Source of the DNA: an uncultured Dehalococcoidia bacterium
Lineage (GTDB): Bacteria; Chloroflexota; Dehalococcoidia; DSTF01; JACRBR01
Assembly (NCBI GenBank): GCA_964371355.1
Contig: CAYJMG010000003.1
Span: 89,351 to 153,350, forward strand
DNA length: 64,000 nt
Reading direction: 5' to 3'
Below are positions 37,190 to 45,796 of the stretch, piece after piece. The first letter of the stretch is position 1. Each line of letters opens with the position of its first letter. The position numbers and the translations under genes are program-made. Below the pieces are notes generated by a model. The model had not been told where the DNA came from. It saw only the letters and a list, made by a program, of their open reading frames with translations, and did no database searches.

Positions 37190-38121
37190 CTGCGCGCCCT
37201 CGGCCCCGTGCGGCCCATTACCCCGGCTACAAGGCCCTCGACGCGACCCAGCGCCTCGGCCGGGTTCCCCTGCGCGAGCGCCTTCAGGCTCTCGTACGCG
37301 ACGAGCCCGGGCTGCGCGGCGAGCGCGGTGATGCGGCGGACGCCCCGGAGACCGCGCCGGACGAAGCGCAGCCGGTTGCGCGCGAAGTAGTACGCCTGCG
37401 CCCGTGTCAGCCGGTTCGAGCCGCGCACGCCAGCCGCGGCCGACACCATATGCCGCACCGCGGGCCCTGGCGCGAGCCAGCACTCGGATCCGGCGAGCCG
37501 CACGCGCTCGCACAGGTCAGCATCTTCAAAGTAGTGAAAGTACGCCTCATCGAGGCCGCCGAGCCGCTCGAAGGCTTCGCGGCGGATGGCGATGGCGGCG
37601 CCCGTGATGAAGTCAACGGCCGCCTCCGTGCGAGGCAGCTCACGCGCACGGAAGCCCATGTGCCGCGTGTAGCCCAGCCAGCGGTTCAAGCGCCCGCCGG
37701 CGAACCACACGCGGCCGGGGTCGTCCTCGTACACCACCGGCAGGCCGGCGACGGCCGCCCGTGGATGCGTCTCGAACAAGACGGCCACGGTCTCCAGCGT
37801 CCCCGGCTCGATGGCGACGTCGTTGTTCAGCAGCAGCACGGCCCCTGCCCCGGCCGCGAAGGCCCCGCGGGCGCCGGCGTTACACCCGGCGGCGTATCCG
37901 CCGTTTTCGGCCAGCCGCACGATGCGCACGCCCGGGCAGGCGGAACGCGCTGCGCCTTCGTCAAGGTCGCCCGGCCCGTTCTCCACGAGCACCACCGCAG
38001 CCGGCCCGCCCCCCGCGGCGGCGATGGAGCGCAGGCAGGCAAGCGTATCGGCGAAGCCGCGCCAGTGCACGACAACGATGCCGAAAGGACCTGGCACCCG
38101 GCCTGAGGCAGAATCGCTCAC
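37186..38121 (-). CDS. Glycosyltransferase family 2
   Basis: GT-A fold with GIVVVHWRG, LVENGPGD, a DxD-like NNDVAIEP, and FHYFEDADLC. Confidence 0.8.
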   Translation of the reverse strand: MSDSASGRVPGPFGIVVVHWRGFADTLACLRSIAAAGGGPAAVVLVENGPGDLDEGAARSACPGVRIVRLAENGGYAAGCNAGARGAFAAGAGAVLLLNNDVAIEPGTLETVAVLFETHPRAAVAGLPVVYEDDPGRVWFAGGRLNRWLGYTRHMGFRARELPRTEAAVDFITGAAIAIRREAFERLGGLDEAYFHYFEDADLCERVRLAGSECWLAPGPAVRHMVSAAAGVRGSNRLTRAQAYYFARNRLRFVRRGLRGVRRITALAAQPGLVAYESLKALAQGNPAEALGRVEGLVAGVMGRTGPRARR

Positions 38122-38179
38122 GCGGCGTTAGTATACGTGCGACCGACCTCGCCGCATCGTCGAAACGGGACGACAGGCC

Positions 38180-38977
38180 GTGGGCAGAGACTACACACGC
38201 TTCCTGGTGCTCGGCGAGGGGCGCACAGGGTCCAACCTCCTCGTCCAGGCGCTGAACTCTCACCCTAACGTCGTGTGCTATCGCGAAGTGTTCAATTGGA
38301 CGCACAAACGGATCGACTACAACGTCGAAGGCTATGAGGATCTGAGCCGCAAGGATGTCCGGTTTCGGGCCGATGACCCGTTGCGCCTACTGGACGAGCG
38401 CATCTTCCGTGACTACCCCGCGGATATCGCGGCCGTCGGCCTCAAACTCCACTACGGCCACGCGTTTGGCTTCGCGGGTGTTGAGGAGGCACTCATCGAG
38501 GATCAGGCGCTTCGCGTGGTGCACCTCAGACGGCAGAACATGCTCCGTACATTGGTCTCACTCCGCGTCGCCGAGCAAACCGGCGTGTGGGAGCATGACG
38601 AAGACGCCTCCTTGCGTGTCCGCCTACGGCGGCTGGCCGGACGAGTCTCCACCCGCGTGAAGTACGGTGACCCGGCGCGTGTGCGCCTGACCTACGAGCA
38701 GTGCAACCAGTTCTTCATCGTGCACGCTCTCCAGGGCCAGCGTTATGACGAGCTCTTCGCGGCACATCCGGTCCTGCAGGTCAGGTACGAAGACCTCGCG
38801 AAGAACCGGGACAGCGTCCTGGCCGGCGTGCAGCGCTTCCTTGGTGTCCCGTTCGTCGACCTGAAGGTAACGTTGCAGCGCCAGTCCCGGACGCCCTTGC
38901 GAGAAACGATCGTCAACTTCGACGAACTCCGGGCCGCCTTCGCCGGGACCAGTGCGGAGGCACTGTTCGATGAGTGA
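38180..38977 (+). CDS. Sulfotransferase (Stf0-like, PAPS-dependent), paralog 1
   Basis: N-terminal 5'-PSB-like P-loop FLVLGEGRTGSNLL and a 3'-PB-like region (VVHLRRQNMLRTLVS). Followed by a tandem paralog with an 8-nt overlap. Confidence 0.65.
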   Translation: MGRDYTRFLVLGEGRTGSNLLVQALNSHPNVVCYREVFNWTHKRIDYNVEGYEDLSRKDVRFRADDPLRLLDERIFRDYPADIAAVGLKLHYGHAFGFAGVEEALIEDQALRVVHLRRQNMLRTLVSLRVAEQTGVWEHDEDASLRVRLRRLAGRVSTRVKYGDPARVRLTYEQCNQFFIVHALQGQRYDELFAAHPVLQVRYEDLAKNRDSVLAGVQRFLGVPFVDLKVTLQRQSRTPLRETIVNFDELRAAFAGTSAEALFDE

Positions 38978-39815
38978 CGGCTACGTCCGCTTCATCATCA
39001 CGGGGGACGCGCGTACCGGGTCGACGATGCTGGCCCAGGCGCTCAACACAAATCCGGCCGTGCGGAGCCTTCGCGAGATCTTCCACCATTGGAAGGATTT
39101 CCTGGACTACGGGGTCGAAGGGTACGACCCGTTCGACACGGAAGCGCTGCGGCTTCGGAACGACGATCCCGTGCGCTTCCTGAGAGAACGGATCTTTTGC
39201 GGCTATCCCGAGCAGATCGGTGCGGTCGGCTTCAAGTACATCTACGGCCAGATGTGGGGATACGATGACTTGACGGACTTCCTCAAGAATGACGCCGAAC
39301 TCCACGTCATTCACCTGAAGCGCCGGAACTGGCTCCGCGCACTCGTATCCGTGCGGATCGCCGAGCTGTCAAGCCGCTGGCTGGATGACGAGAGCGCAAC
39401 GCCGCGGCGAAAGCGGCGCTTGCACGTGCGCGCGGCCTCCGCACTGCTGCATCCCCGGCGAGCGCTTGGTGACCTGAGGCGCCGGATCGCGCCGCCCCCA
39501 CCGGCGCCCAAACCCAGGCTCACGCTCACGCCCGAGGAGTGCGAACAGTGGTTCAAGCGGACTCAGTGGGAGGTCGGGCGGGTCGATGAGCTGTTCGCGC
39601 GCCAGCCCAGGCTCGATGTCTTCTTCGAGGACATGCTCGCCGACCGTGCCGGTGCGTTCTCGGCCGTGCAACGCTTTCTGGAGGTCGAACCAGTGGACCT
39701 GGCGGTGACTTCGCGGCGGCAGAATCCAGAGCCGCTGAGCGAACTCCTGACCAACCACGACGATCTGCGCGCGACGTTCACCGGCACCGATTTCGTCTCG
39801 TTCTTCGACGAATAG
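38970..39815 (+). CDS. Sulfotransferase (Stf0-like), paralog 2
   Basis: FIITGDARTGSTMLAQAL P-loop, VIHLKRRNWLRALVS, and a C-terminus (DELFARQP...FEDMLADR...VQRFLEV) co-linear with paralog 1. Confidence 0.65.
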   Translation: MSDGYVRFIITGDARTGSTMLAQALNTNPAVRSLREIFHHWKDFLDYGVEGYDPFDTEALRLRNDDPVRFLRERIFCGYPEQIGAVGFKYIYGQMWGYDDLTDFLKNDAELHVIHLKRRNWLRALVSVRIAELSSRWLDDESATPRRKRRLHVRAASALLHPRRALGDLRRRIAPPPPAPKPRLTLTPEECEQWFKRTQWEVGRVDELFARQPRLDVFFEDMLADRAGAFSAVQRFLEVEPVDLAVTSRRQNPEPLSELLTNHDDLRATFTGTDFVSFFDE

Positions 39816-39968
39816 CGCACCTCTGCTCGCGCTTAGCTCGCAAGTTGACGCCTTATCTGACTCGTCTCATTGACGAGGCACCGCGGGTGTGGTCTGATTG
39901 ACTCCCGCCCTGCTGTCGCGCCGCGTCCTGCTGCGCGCCGGCCGTCTGCGCTTTCAGGGGGAGTTCAC

Positions 39969-41747
39969 ATGGCAGGCCGGGTGGCGGCCCCGGCTCGGGA
40001 GCGAAGCACCGGCCCGGCGCCGCTCAACTGGGACGAGGCATCACCGTCCGCGATCGCGGACCTCGCGGCGCGCGCCCTCCGCTACTGGCCGCTCGCGCTC
40101 GTAGCCCTTGTGGCCGTGGCCAGCCGGCTGCGTTACATCGCGGGCTTCGACGGCGCGTACGGCTCCGGCGACGCGCACCTGCTGCTCACGAAGGCGCTCT
40201 TCATCGAGCGCGGCGACCTCCGCCCCGATGCGTCGCTGGGCGTGAGTTCCAACATCTTCGCCACGCCCCCGCTGGTCCCGATGCTGCTCGGCGGCTTCGC
40301 GCGCGTCACCACGGTCCCGGTCGATCACGCGCCTCTCATCCTGGGGCCGCTGGTCACCGTCGCCGGGCTGCTGGCGCTGTACGCCGTCGCAGCCCGCGCG
40401 TTCGATCGCACCGTGGCGATAGCGGGCGTGCTGCTGGTGGCACTGCTGCCGCGCTTCTCGTTCGACTCGACCGAGCCGGACAAGGTGGCATACGTCCTGA
40501 GCTTCTTCCTCATCGCGCTGTTCTTCCTGTACGAGGGGCAGCGACGGCCCGCACTGCTGCTGGCCGCGGGCGCGTTCATGGGGCTCAGCGTCTTCTCGCA
40601 CACGACGGCGTACCTGTTCCTGCCCGTGTACCTGCTGTCGCACGTGGCGCTCTCGCGCGGCCGCATGCGGAAGGTGCTCTCGCCGTACTTCCTGGCCTCC
40701 TGCGCGATCGTGCTGGCCTTCCTGGCCGCCTATTCCGCCCTCGACGCGCGCTTCGACCCGACGAGCGACACGACGGCGACCGGCGCGGCACTGGAGCCCG
40801 GCGCCGGCGCGGGCCGGCCGACAGAGGACGCCCGCCTCCCGGAGTCCACCCCTGCCGGGCGGACCCGCCGCTTCGTGCCCCAGGTCGTCGACGAGTACAT
40901 AGACAACGTGAGCAGGCTGGCGCGCGACGGCTTCCAGCGGAGCGCGGGCGACCTGTACCTCGACGGCATCCGCGCGCAGATCCTCGACCCCGTGTATGTG
41001 TTGGCGATCGGCGGATTCTGCGTCGCGGCGGCGCTGGCGCTGCTGCGGCGGCGGATGGAGGCGGTGCCGCTCCTGCTGTGGATGATGATCGTGACCGCCG
41101 GATTCGCCATGCAGTATCCCGCCGCCTCGCACACCAGCCGCTACCCCTCGTACGTCACGCCGGTGTTCCTGATCATGGCCACGTTCTTCGTGGTCTGGGC
41201 GGCTCGCCAGATCGCGGCGCGGGCCGGCGCGCGCGAGGCGATGGCACTGGCGCTGGCCGCGCCCTTCGTGGCCTACGCTGCCTTCTCGTACGTGACGGCG
41301 CCCGACCCGGGGCTGCGCAAGCTCTTCGCTGGCCACCACGAGCTAGCCGCCTACGTCTCCGACAACGATCTGCTAAGTGAGGATCGGCAGATCCTGTATC
41401 TGGGGTGGCCGTCGTTCACGTTCGGCCTCGCCAGGAGCGAGGCTGATGTCGATTGGCTGCACAGCTTCGGCTGGCGGCGCGTATCGCTGGCCGGGTACGA
41501 CGCCGACTATGTCGCCCAGAATAACGTCCGCTACTACGCCTACGACGACCTCACCGACGACTACTTCGGCTCGGCGAAGCAGGTGCTGGCAAACCTCCAG
41601 CGTGACTTCGAGATGCGTCCGGTGTTCACGTACTGCACCGCCGGCTCGGCGGCGTCGCACGCGGAGGCGGACGGCTGCGCCGGCCACGTCACGCTGTACG
41701 AAGTGGGCGCGCGGAAGGCGCAGCCGGCGGACGCCGTCACTCCTTGA
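39969..41747 (+). CDS. GT-C fold membrane glycosyltransferase (PMT/ArnT-like, polyprenyl-phosphate-sugar dependent)
   Basis: 593 aa from the ATG at 39969. About 11 transmembrane helices, with an early loop containing the DG/acidic motif (IAGFDGAYGSGDAHLL) typical of GT39/GT83-like enzymes, and a large C-terminal soluble domain. Confidence 0.6.
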   Translation: MAGRVAAPARERSTGPAPLNWDEASPSAIADLAARALRYWPLALVALVAVASRLRYIAGFDGAYGSGDAHLLLTKALFIERGDLRPDASLGVSSNIFATPPLVPMLLGGFARVTTVPVDHAPLILGPLVTVAGLLALYAVAARAFDRTVAIAGVLLVALLPRFSFDSTEPDKVAYVLSFFLIALFFLYEGQRRPALLLAAGAFMGLSVFSHTTAYLFLPVYLLSHVALSRGRMRKVLSPYFLASCAIVLAFLAAYSALDARFDPTSDTTATGAALEPGAGAGRPTEDARLPESTPAGRTRRFVPQVVDEYIDNVSRLARDGFQRSAGDLYLDGIRAQILDPVYVLAIGGFCVAAALALLRRRMEAVPLLLWMMIVTAGFAMQYPAASHTSRYPSYVTPVFLIMATFFVVWAARQIAARAGAREAMALALAAPFVAYAAFSYVTAPDPGLRKLFAGHHELAAYVSDNDLLSEDRQILYLGWPSFTFGLARSEADVDWLHSFGWRRVSLAGYDADYVAQNNVRYYAYDDLTDDYFGSAKQVLANLQRDFEMRPVFTYCTAGSAASHAEADGCAGHVTLYEVGARKAQPADAVTP

Positions 41748-42432
41748 TCGCCCGGAGCACGACGTAGACCTCCTCGACACCGACGAGCGGCCCCCAAAAG
41801 CGCTCGCAAGCGTACTGCCAGCCGCGGCCGCGGTTCGCCAGCGCGTGGAAGATGGGGTTCGCGCCGCGGCGCAGCACCCGGAACAGGTGGGGCTCGGGCG
41901 GCGGCAGGTCTTTCCGCGCCAACAACTCCGGCGGCAACGGCACGGGAGCGCCCTTCGCCGAGATACACAGCCGCGCGTGCTCTATCCGGAACCGCGCCGG
42001 GGAGTAGTACGAAAAGGCGACGCCGTCGAAGTAGGTGTCGTCGAAGTAAGTGAAGGTGGCGATCGAGAGGCCGCGCCGGTGCGTGGGGTCCTTCCAGGTG
42101 GTATACGGCGATGCGGCGTGCGGTCCCTTGATGTGCGCGACACCGCCGTGGCGCAGCACCCGCCAGATCTCGCCCACGGCGGCGAGGAAGTCGTCGACGT
42201 GCTCCAGCACGTGATACGCGTGCAGCACGTCGACACTGCCGTCGCGCAGCGGCAGGCCGCGTTCGAGATCACCAATGAGGTCGACACCGGGGATGCGGGC
42301 GGTATCGATGCCGATGGCGCCGGGAGTCTTGCGGCTGCCGCAGCCGACGTCGACGGTTACTGGCGGGCGGCCATCGCTGCGCGGTGACGGTGCGGGTGGG
42401 TGGCCGGGCGCCGGACGGGCGCGGGGGATCAT
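41737..42432 (-). CDS. Class I SAM-dependent methyltransferase (Methyltransf_11/23-like)
   Basis: VDVGCGSRK motif I, YHVLEHVDD, and RVLRHGGVAHI. Confidence 0.7.
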   Translation of the reverse strand: MIPRARPAPGHPPAPSPRSDGRPPVTVDVGCGSRKTPGAIGIDTARIPGVDLIGDLERGLPLRDGSVDVLHAYHVLEHVDDFLAAVGEIWRVLRHGGVAHIKGPHAASPYTTWKDPTHRRGLSIATFTYFDDTYFDGVAFSYYSPARFRIEHARLCISAKGAPVPLPPELLARKDLPPPEPHLFRVLRRGANPIFHALANRGRGWQYACERFWGPLVGVEEVYVVLRAIKE

Positions 42433-42435
42433 CGA

Positions 42436-43119
42436 CTAGTCCTTGATCGCCCGCAGTGTCAGCACCACCTCTTCGATACCTGCGAGCGGTCCCCAGAAGC
42501 GCTCGCAGGCGTACTGGTAGGAGCGGCTCTTGTTCGCCATCACGTCGAACACGCTGTTCAGCACACGCCGCGGAAGCCGGTACGAAGGCGCGTGCGCCTG
42601 GCGGTCGGTCAGCGTGAAGTTCAGCTTCGCCTTCTCGATGCGAAAGCGCGCGGGCGAGTAGTAATAGAAGGCAGCGCCGTCGAAGTACGTGTCGTCGAAG
42701 TACGCGAAGGTGGCGATCGAGAGCCCGCGCTTGTGCGTGGGGTCCTTCCAGGTGGTGAAGGTGGAGCACGCGTGCGGCGCCTTGATCCAGGCGCGGGCCC
42801 CGGGCTTCAGCACCCGCCAGATCTCACCCACGGCCGCCAGGAAGTCGTCGAGGTGCTCCAACACGTGGTAGGCGTAGATGCCGTCGAGGGAGCTGTCGCG
42901 GAACGGCAGACCGCGCGACATATCGGCGACGACGTCGACGCCCGGGACGGCGACGATGTCCATGCCGGTGGCGCCGCGCATCTTGCGGCTGCCGCACCCC
43001 AGGTCCACGACGTAACCCACGTACACCCCGCACAGGGCACCCGGGCGGCATGCCCCTTCTCTGTTCAACGCGCGCAGACCGCCAACGTTAAGGGAGCGCC
43101 CACGCTGGCTGAGCGCCAA
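42436..43119 (-). CDS. Class I SAM-dependent methyltransferase, tandem paralog of the previous gene
   Basis: VDLGCGSRK, YHVLEHLDD, and a C-terminus YQYACERFWGPLAGIEEV nearly identical to its neighbour. Confidence 0.7.
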   Translation of the reverse strand: MALSQRGRSLNVGGLRALNREGACRPGALCGVYVGYVVDLGCGSRKMRGATGMDIVAVPGVDVVADMSRGLPFRDSSLDGIYAYHVLEHLDDFLAAVGEIWRVLKPGARAWIKAPHACSTFTTWKDPTHKRGLSIATFAYFDDTYFDGAAFYYYSPARFRIEKAKLNFTLTDRQAHAPSYRLPRRVLNSVFDVMANKSRSYQYACERFWGPLAGIEEVVLTLRAIKD

Positions 43120-43292
43120 CCCTAACAGAGCGCCGCATTATACGGCCAGCGCGTCAAGAAGCTGCGCACCGCCCGCTGGGTCATCGGGCCGTTGACAGGC
43201 CGCCGGCCGGGGTGCGCGGCGGGCGCCCCGGGGGCGGTATCATCGGCCAACGGGCGGCGCCGATACTTATGCGTCCGGAACAAGGCGAAGGT

Positions 43293-44639
43293 ATGCGCCC
43301 GAACGTCAAGCAGTTCATCGAGTTACTGAGCCAGGCAACGGATCTGCCGCGGCCCATCGTCGATGTCGGCTCGATGTATGTCCTGGGCCAGGAGGCGTAC
43401 GCCAGCCTGCGCCCGTACTTCCCCGACTCACACTACGTGGGGCTCGACATGCGGCCCGGGCCGGGCGTCGACGCGCTGGGCAGCATCCACTACCTCCCGG
43501 TCCAGAGCGAAAGCGCGGGCACGCTGCTGGTGCTGGACACGCTGGAGCACGTCCTGGACCCGATCGCCTCTATGCAGGAGGTGTGCCGGGCCGTGCGACC
43601 GGGTGGCGTGGTCGTGATCTCGTCGCACATGAACTTCCCCGTACACACCCACCCCTCCGACTACTGGCGCTTCACGCCCATGGCCTTCGACTACCTGATG
43701 CGCCCGCTGGCCACCCGCTTCGTGTTCATGCAGGGCGACCCCGAGAACCCGCACAACGTGATGGCCGCCGGCATGAAGGCCTCGTCCGACGGCCACGCCG
43801 AAGCCGGCTTCCGCGCGGCGGTCCGCCAGGTTCAGGCGCGCTGGCCCGAGAACAGCTACGGCGGCCCGCTGGTGCAGAACGAGCCGCTCGTCATCGACCT
43901 GAGCCAGCGCGGCTGCGAGCGCGACCTGCCGGAGCTGGTGGCGGGCCGCACCATCGTGCAGCGCTTCACCTGCACGCGCGACGGACTCTCCCGCATCGAT
44001 GTGAAAATGGCGAACAAGATCGGCGAGAACTTCCGCCACGTCGTGTTCCGCCTGTTCGAGGCGGGGCACGTCGACCAACCGCTGACCTCGCACCGCGTGC
44101 TGGGCTGGCACGTGGAGGAAGACACGTGGCTCGCTGTGCCCGTGCCCGCGCAAGCGCGCTCGGCCGGCAAGACCTACGTCCTCACGGTGGAGTCGCCCGA
44201 CGGCGCCGCGGGCAACACCGTGAGTGCCAAGAGCAGTGCCCTCCCCGACGCGTACCCGGGCGGCGAGCTGCAGGTGGACGGCGCGACGATCCTCGGCGCG
44301 CTGGCCTTCCAGACCTACTGCTGGGGGCCCGAGGTCGCGGCCGGCGACGTGCAGACGGCCGAGGACATGCTCCAGCGCGCGCCCTCCGCCGCGGGCACGC
44401 TCGCGGCGATCGACGCGAAGCTGGCGGTACTGGCCGACGCTCAGTGGGCCCAGGTGCGCGCGCTGGCGGCCGAGCTACGCGCCGAGTTGGACGCGATGCG
44501 CGAGCAGATGCGACAGAACCATGCCTCGCTCATGGCGCTGGAAGAGCGGACGCTCGCTGCATCGACCGAGAAGCTGATTGCGCGCGCGGTGAAGGAAAAC
44601 CCGGTCGCACGGGCCCTGCGCCGCCCGCGCGGGCAATAG
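43293..44639 (+). CDS. Methyltransferase-domain protein with a C-terminal helical extension
   Basis: ATG at 43293 with an AAGGCGAAGG RBS. Methyltransf_11-like core (LVLDTLEHVLDP, VRPGGVVVISS). About 200 extra C-terminal residues end in a coiled-coil-like segment. Confidence 0.6.
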   Translation: MRPNVKQFIELLSQATDLPRPIVDVGSMYVLGQEAYASLRPYFPDSHYVGLDMRPGPGVDALGSIHYLPVQSESAGTLLVLDTLEHVLDPIASMQEVCRAVRPGGVVVISSHMNFPVHTHPSDYWRFTPMAFDYLMRPLATRFVFMQGDPENPHNVMAAGMKASSDGHAEAGFRAAVRQVQARWPENSYGGPLVQNEPLVIDLSQRGCERDLPELVAGRTIVQRFTCTRDGLSRIDVKMANKIGENFRHVVFRLFEAGHVDQPLTSHRVLGWHVEEDTWLAVPVPAQARSAGKTYVLTVESPDGAAGNTVSAKSSALPDAYPGGELQVDGATILGALAFQTYCWGPEVAAGDVQTAEDMLQRAPSAAGTLAAIDAKLAVLADAQWAQVRALAAELRAELDAMREQMRQNHASLMALEERTLAASTEKLIARAVKENPVARALRRPRGQ

Positions 44640-44664
44640 CCGGCGCCGCTCCCGGGCGAGCGGC

Positions 44665-45054
44665 TTACTTCTTCGACGGCTTCGATGCGTTCGACGCCTT
44701 CGACGGCACCGCCGTCCTCCGACGCCTGCCGGGCGTGGCGCCTTCCGCTCCCGCGATCCCCAACTCCACCCACCGGCGCAGCGAGGGCCCGCGGCTGACC
44801 CCGGCGGGCGATACGTACACCATGCCCGTCATCGGCCGCCCGGTGAAGTCCATCGGGCGAGCATGTCCTTCCTTCAACGCCACGGCGTAGCGCTCCGCGC
44901 CCGCACGCACGACAAGCTCGTCGTTCAACACGCCGACGCACATCTTGCCGTCAAGCAGAAACGCCAGCCCGCCGAACATCTTGCGCTCGGTGATGTTCCT
45001 CCGGCCGGCGAACAGCCCGCGCACGCGTTCCGCCAGCCGCTCGTTGTACGCCAT
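44665..45054 (-). CDS. TfoX N-terminal domain protein
   Basis: RKMFGGLAFLLDGKMCVGV motif characteristic of the TfoX/Sxy N-domain. Lys/Ser-rich tail. Confidence 0.7.
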   Translation of the reverse strand: MAYNERLAERVRGLFAGRRNITERKMFGGLAFLLDGKMCVGVLNDELVVRAGAERYAVALKEGHARPMDFTGRPMTGMVYVSPAGVSRGPSLRRWVELGIAGAEGATPGRRRRTAVPSKASNASKPSKK

Positions 45055-45084
45055 CGTTCCGTCCTCGCGCCGGTCTGCGCGGGC

Positions 45085-45603
45085 TTAGCGCGGGAAGCCG
45101 CGCCCGCCATGCAGGCCGTTCAGCGCACAGATCTCGCCCCAGTGTGATAACACGTGGCCCAGTACGCCCGCACCCAGCACCCACCCCAACGTCCGCTGAC
45201 CGAACCCCAGCGACGACAGGTCAACCGCTCGGTCGAGGTCGCCCGGCGTCAACGATGCCACGTACGCATCGGTGGCCTCGGCGACAGCCGCGGCGTACGC
45301 GCGCAGCGCCGGGAGGTTGACCCGGACCCGGCCCGCCCACTCGTGCCAGTCGCCCTCCGGCGGCGGCTCGCTCATACCCGTGCGACCCGCCCACGACGTC
45401 GCTAACATCGGCGCCCCACCGCGGATCAGGCCGTTCACGAACCCGTCCTCACCCATCACAAGGTGCGCGAACGTCGCCCCGATAGGATTCAGGACGCCGG
45501 GCGCGGCCGCGTGGGCCCGCTCCTCGCCCACCCCGGCCAGGGTGCCATCGAGGAACCCCCGGGCCTGCTGGATCTGCTCTCTCAAAAACTCGATCGTGTC
45601 CAT
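45085..45603 (-). CDS. DinB/DUF664 (DinB_2) family protein
   Basis: 173 aa from the ATG at 45603 (GGAGGTG RBS). His-rich DinB_2 pattern (FAHLVMGED ... LGHVLSHWGEI). Confidence 0.65.
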   Translation of the reverse strand: MDTIEFLREQIQQARGFLDGTLAGVGEERAHAAAPGVLNPIGATFAHLVMGEDGFVNGLIRGGAPMLATSWAGRTGMSEPPPEGDWHEWAGRVRVNLPALRAYAAAVAEATDAYVASLTPGDLDRAVDLSSLGFGQRTLGWVLGAGVLGHVLSHWGEICALNGLHGGRGFPR

Positions 45604-45796
45604 GACACCTCCTGTACTTCGACCGTAGCCCGCCGTGGCCGCGGCAGGGAACCAAACGAGGCCCGCGGGCGACTCACCTCCTGACACCGCTGTGGCAGCA
45701 TCGGCCGGCCTGGGCCTGGGGATTCCGGCCCTCCAGCTACCCCGCCGCAGCCGCTACCATGACGCCACAGGGCAGAAGCACCCCAGGAGTCGCACC

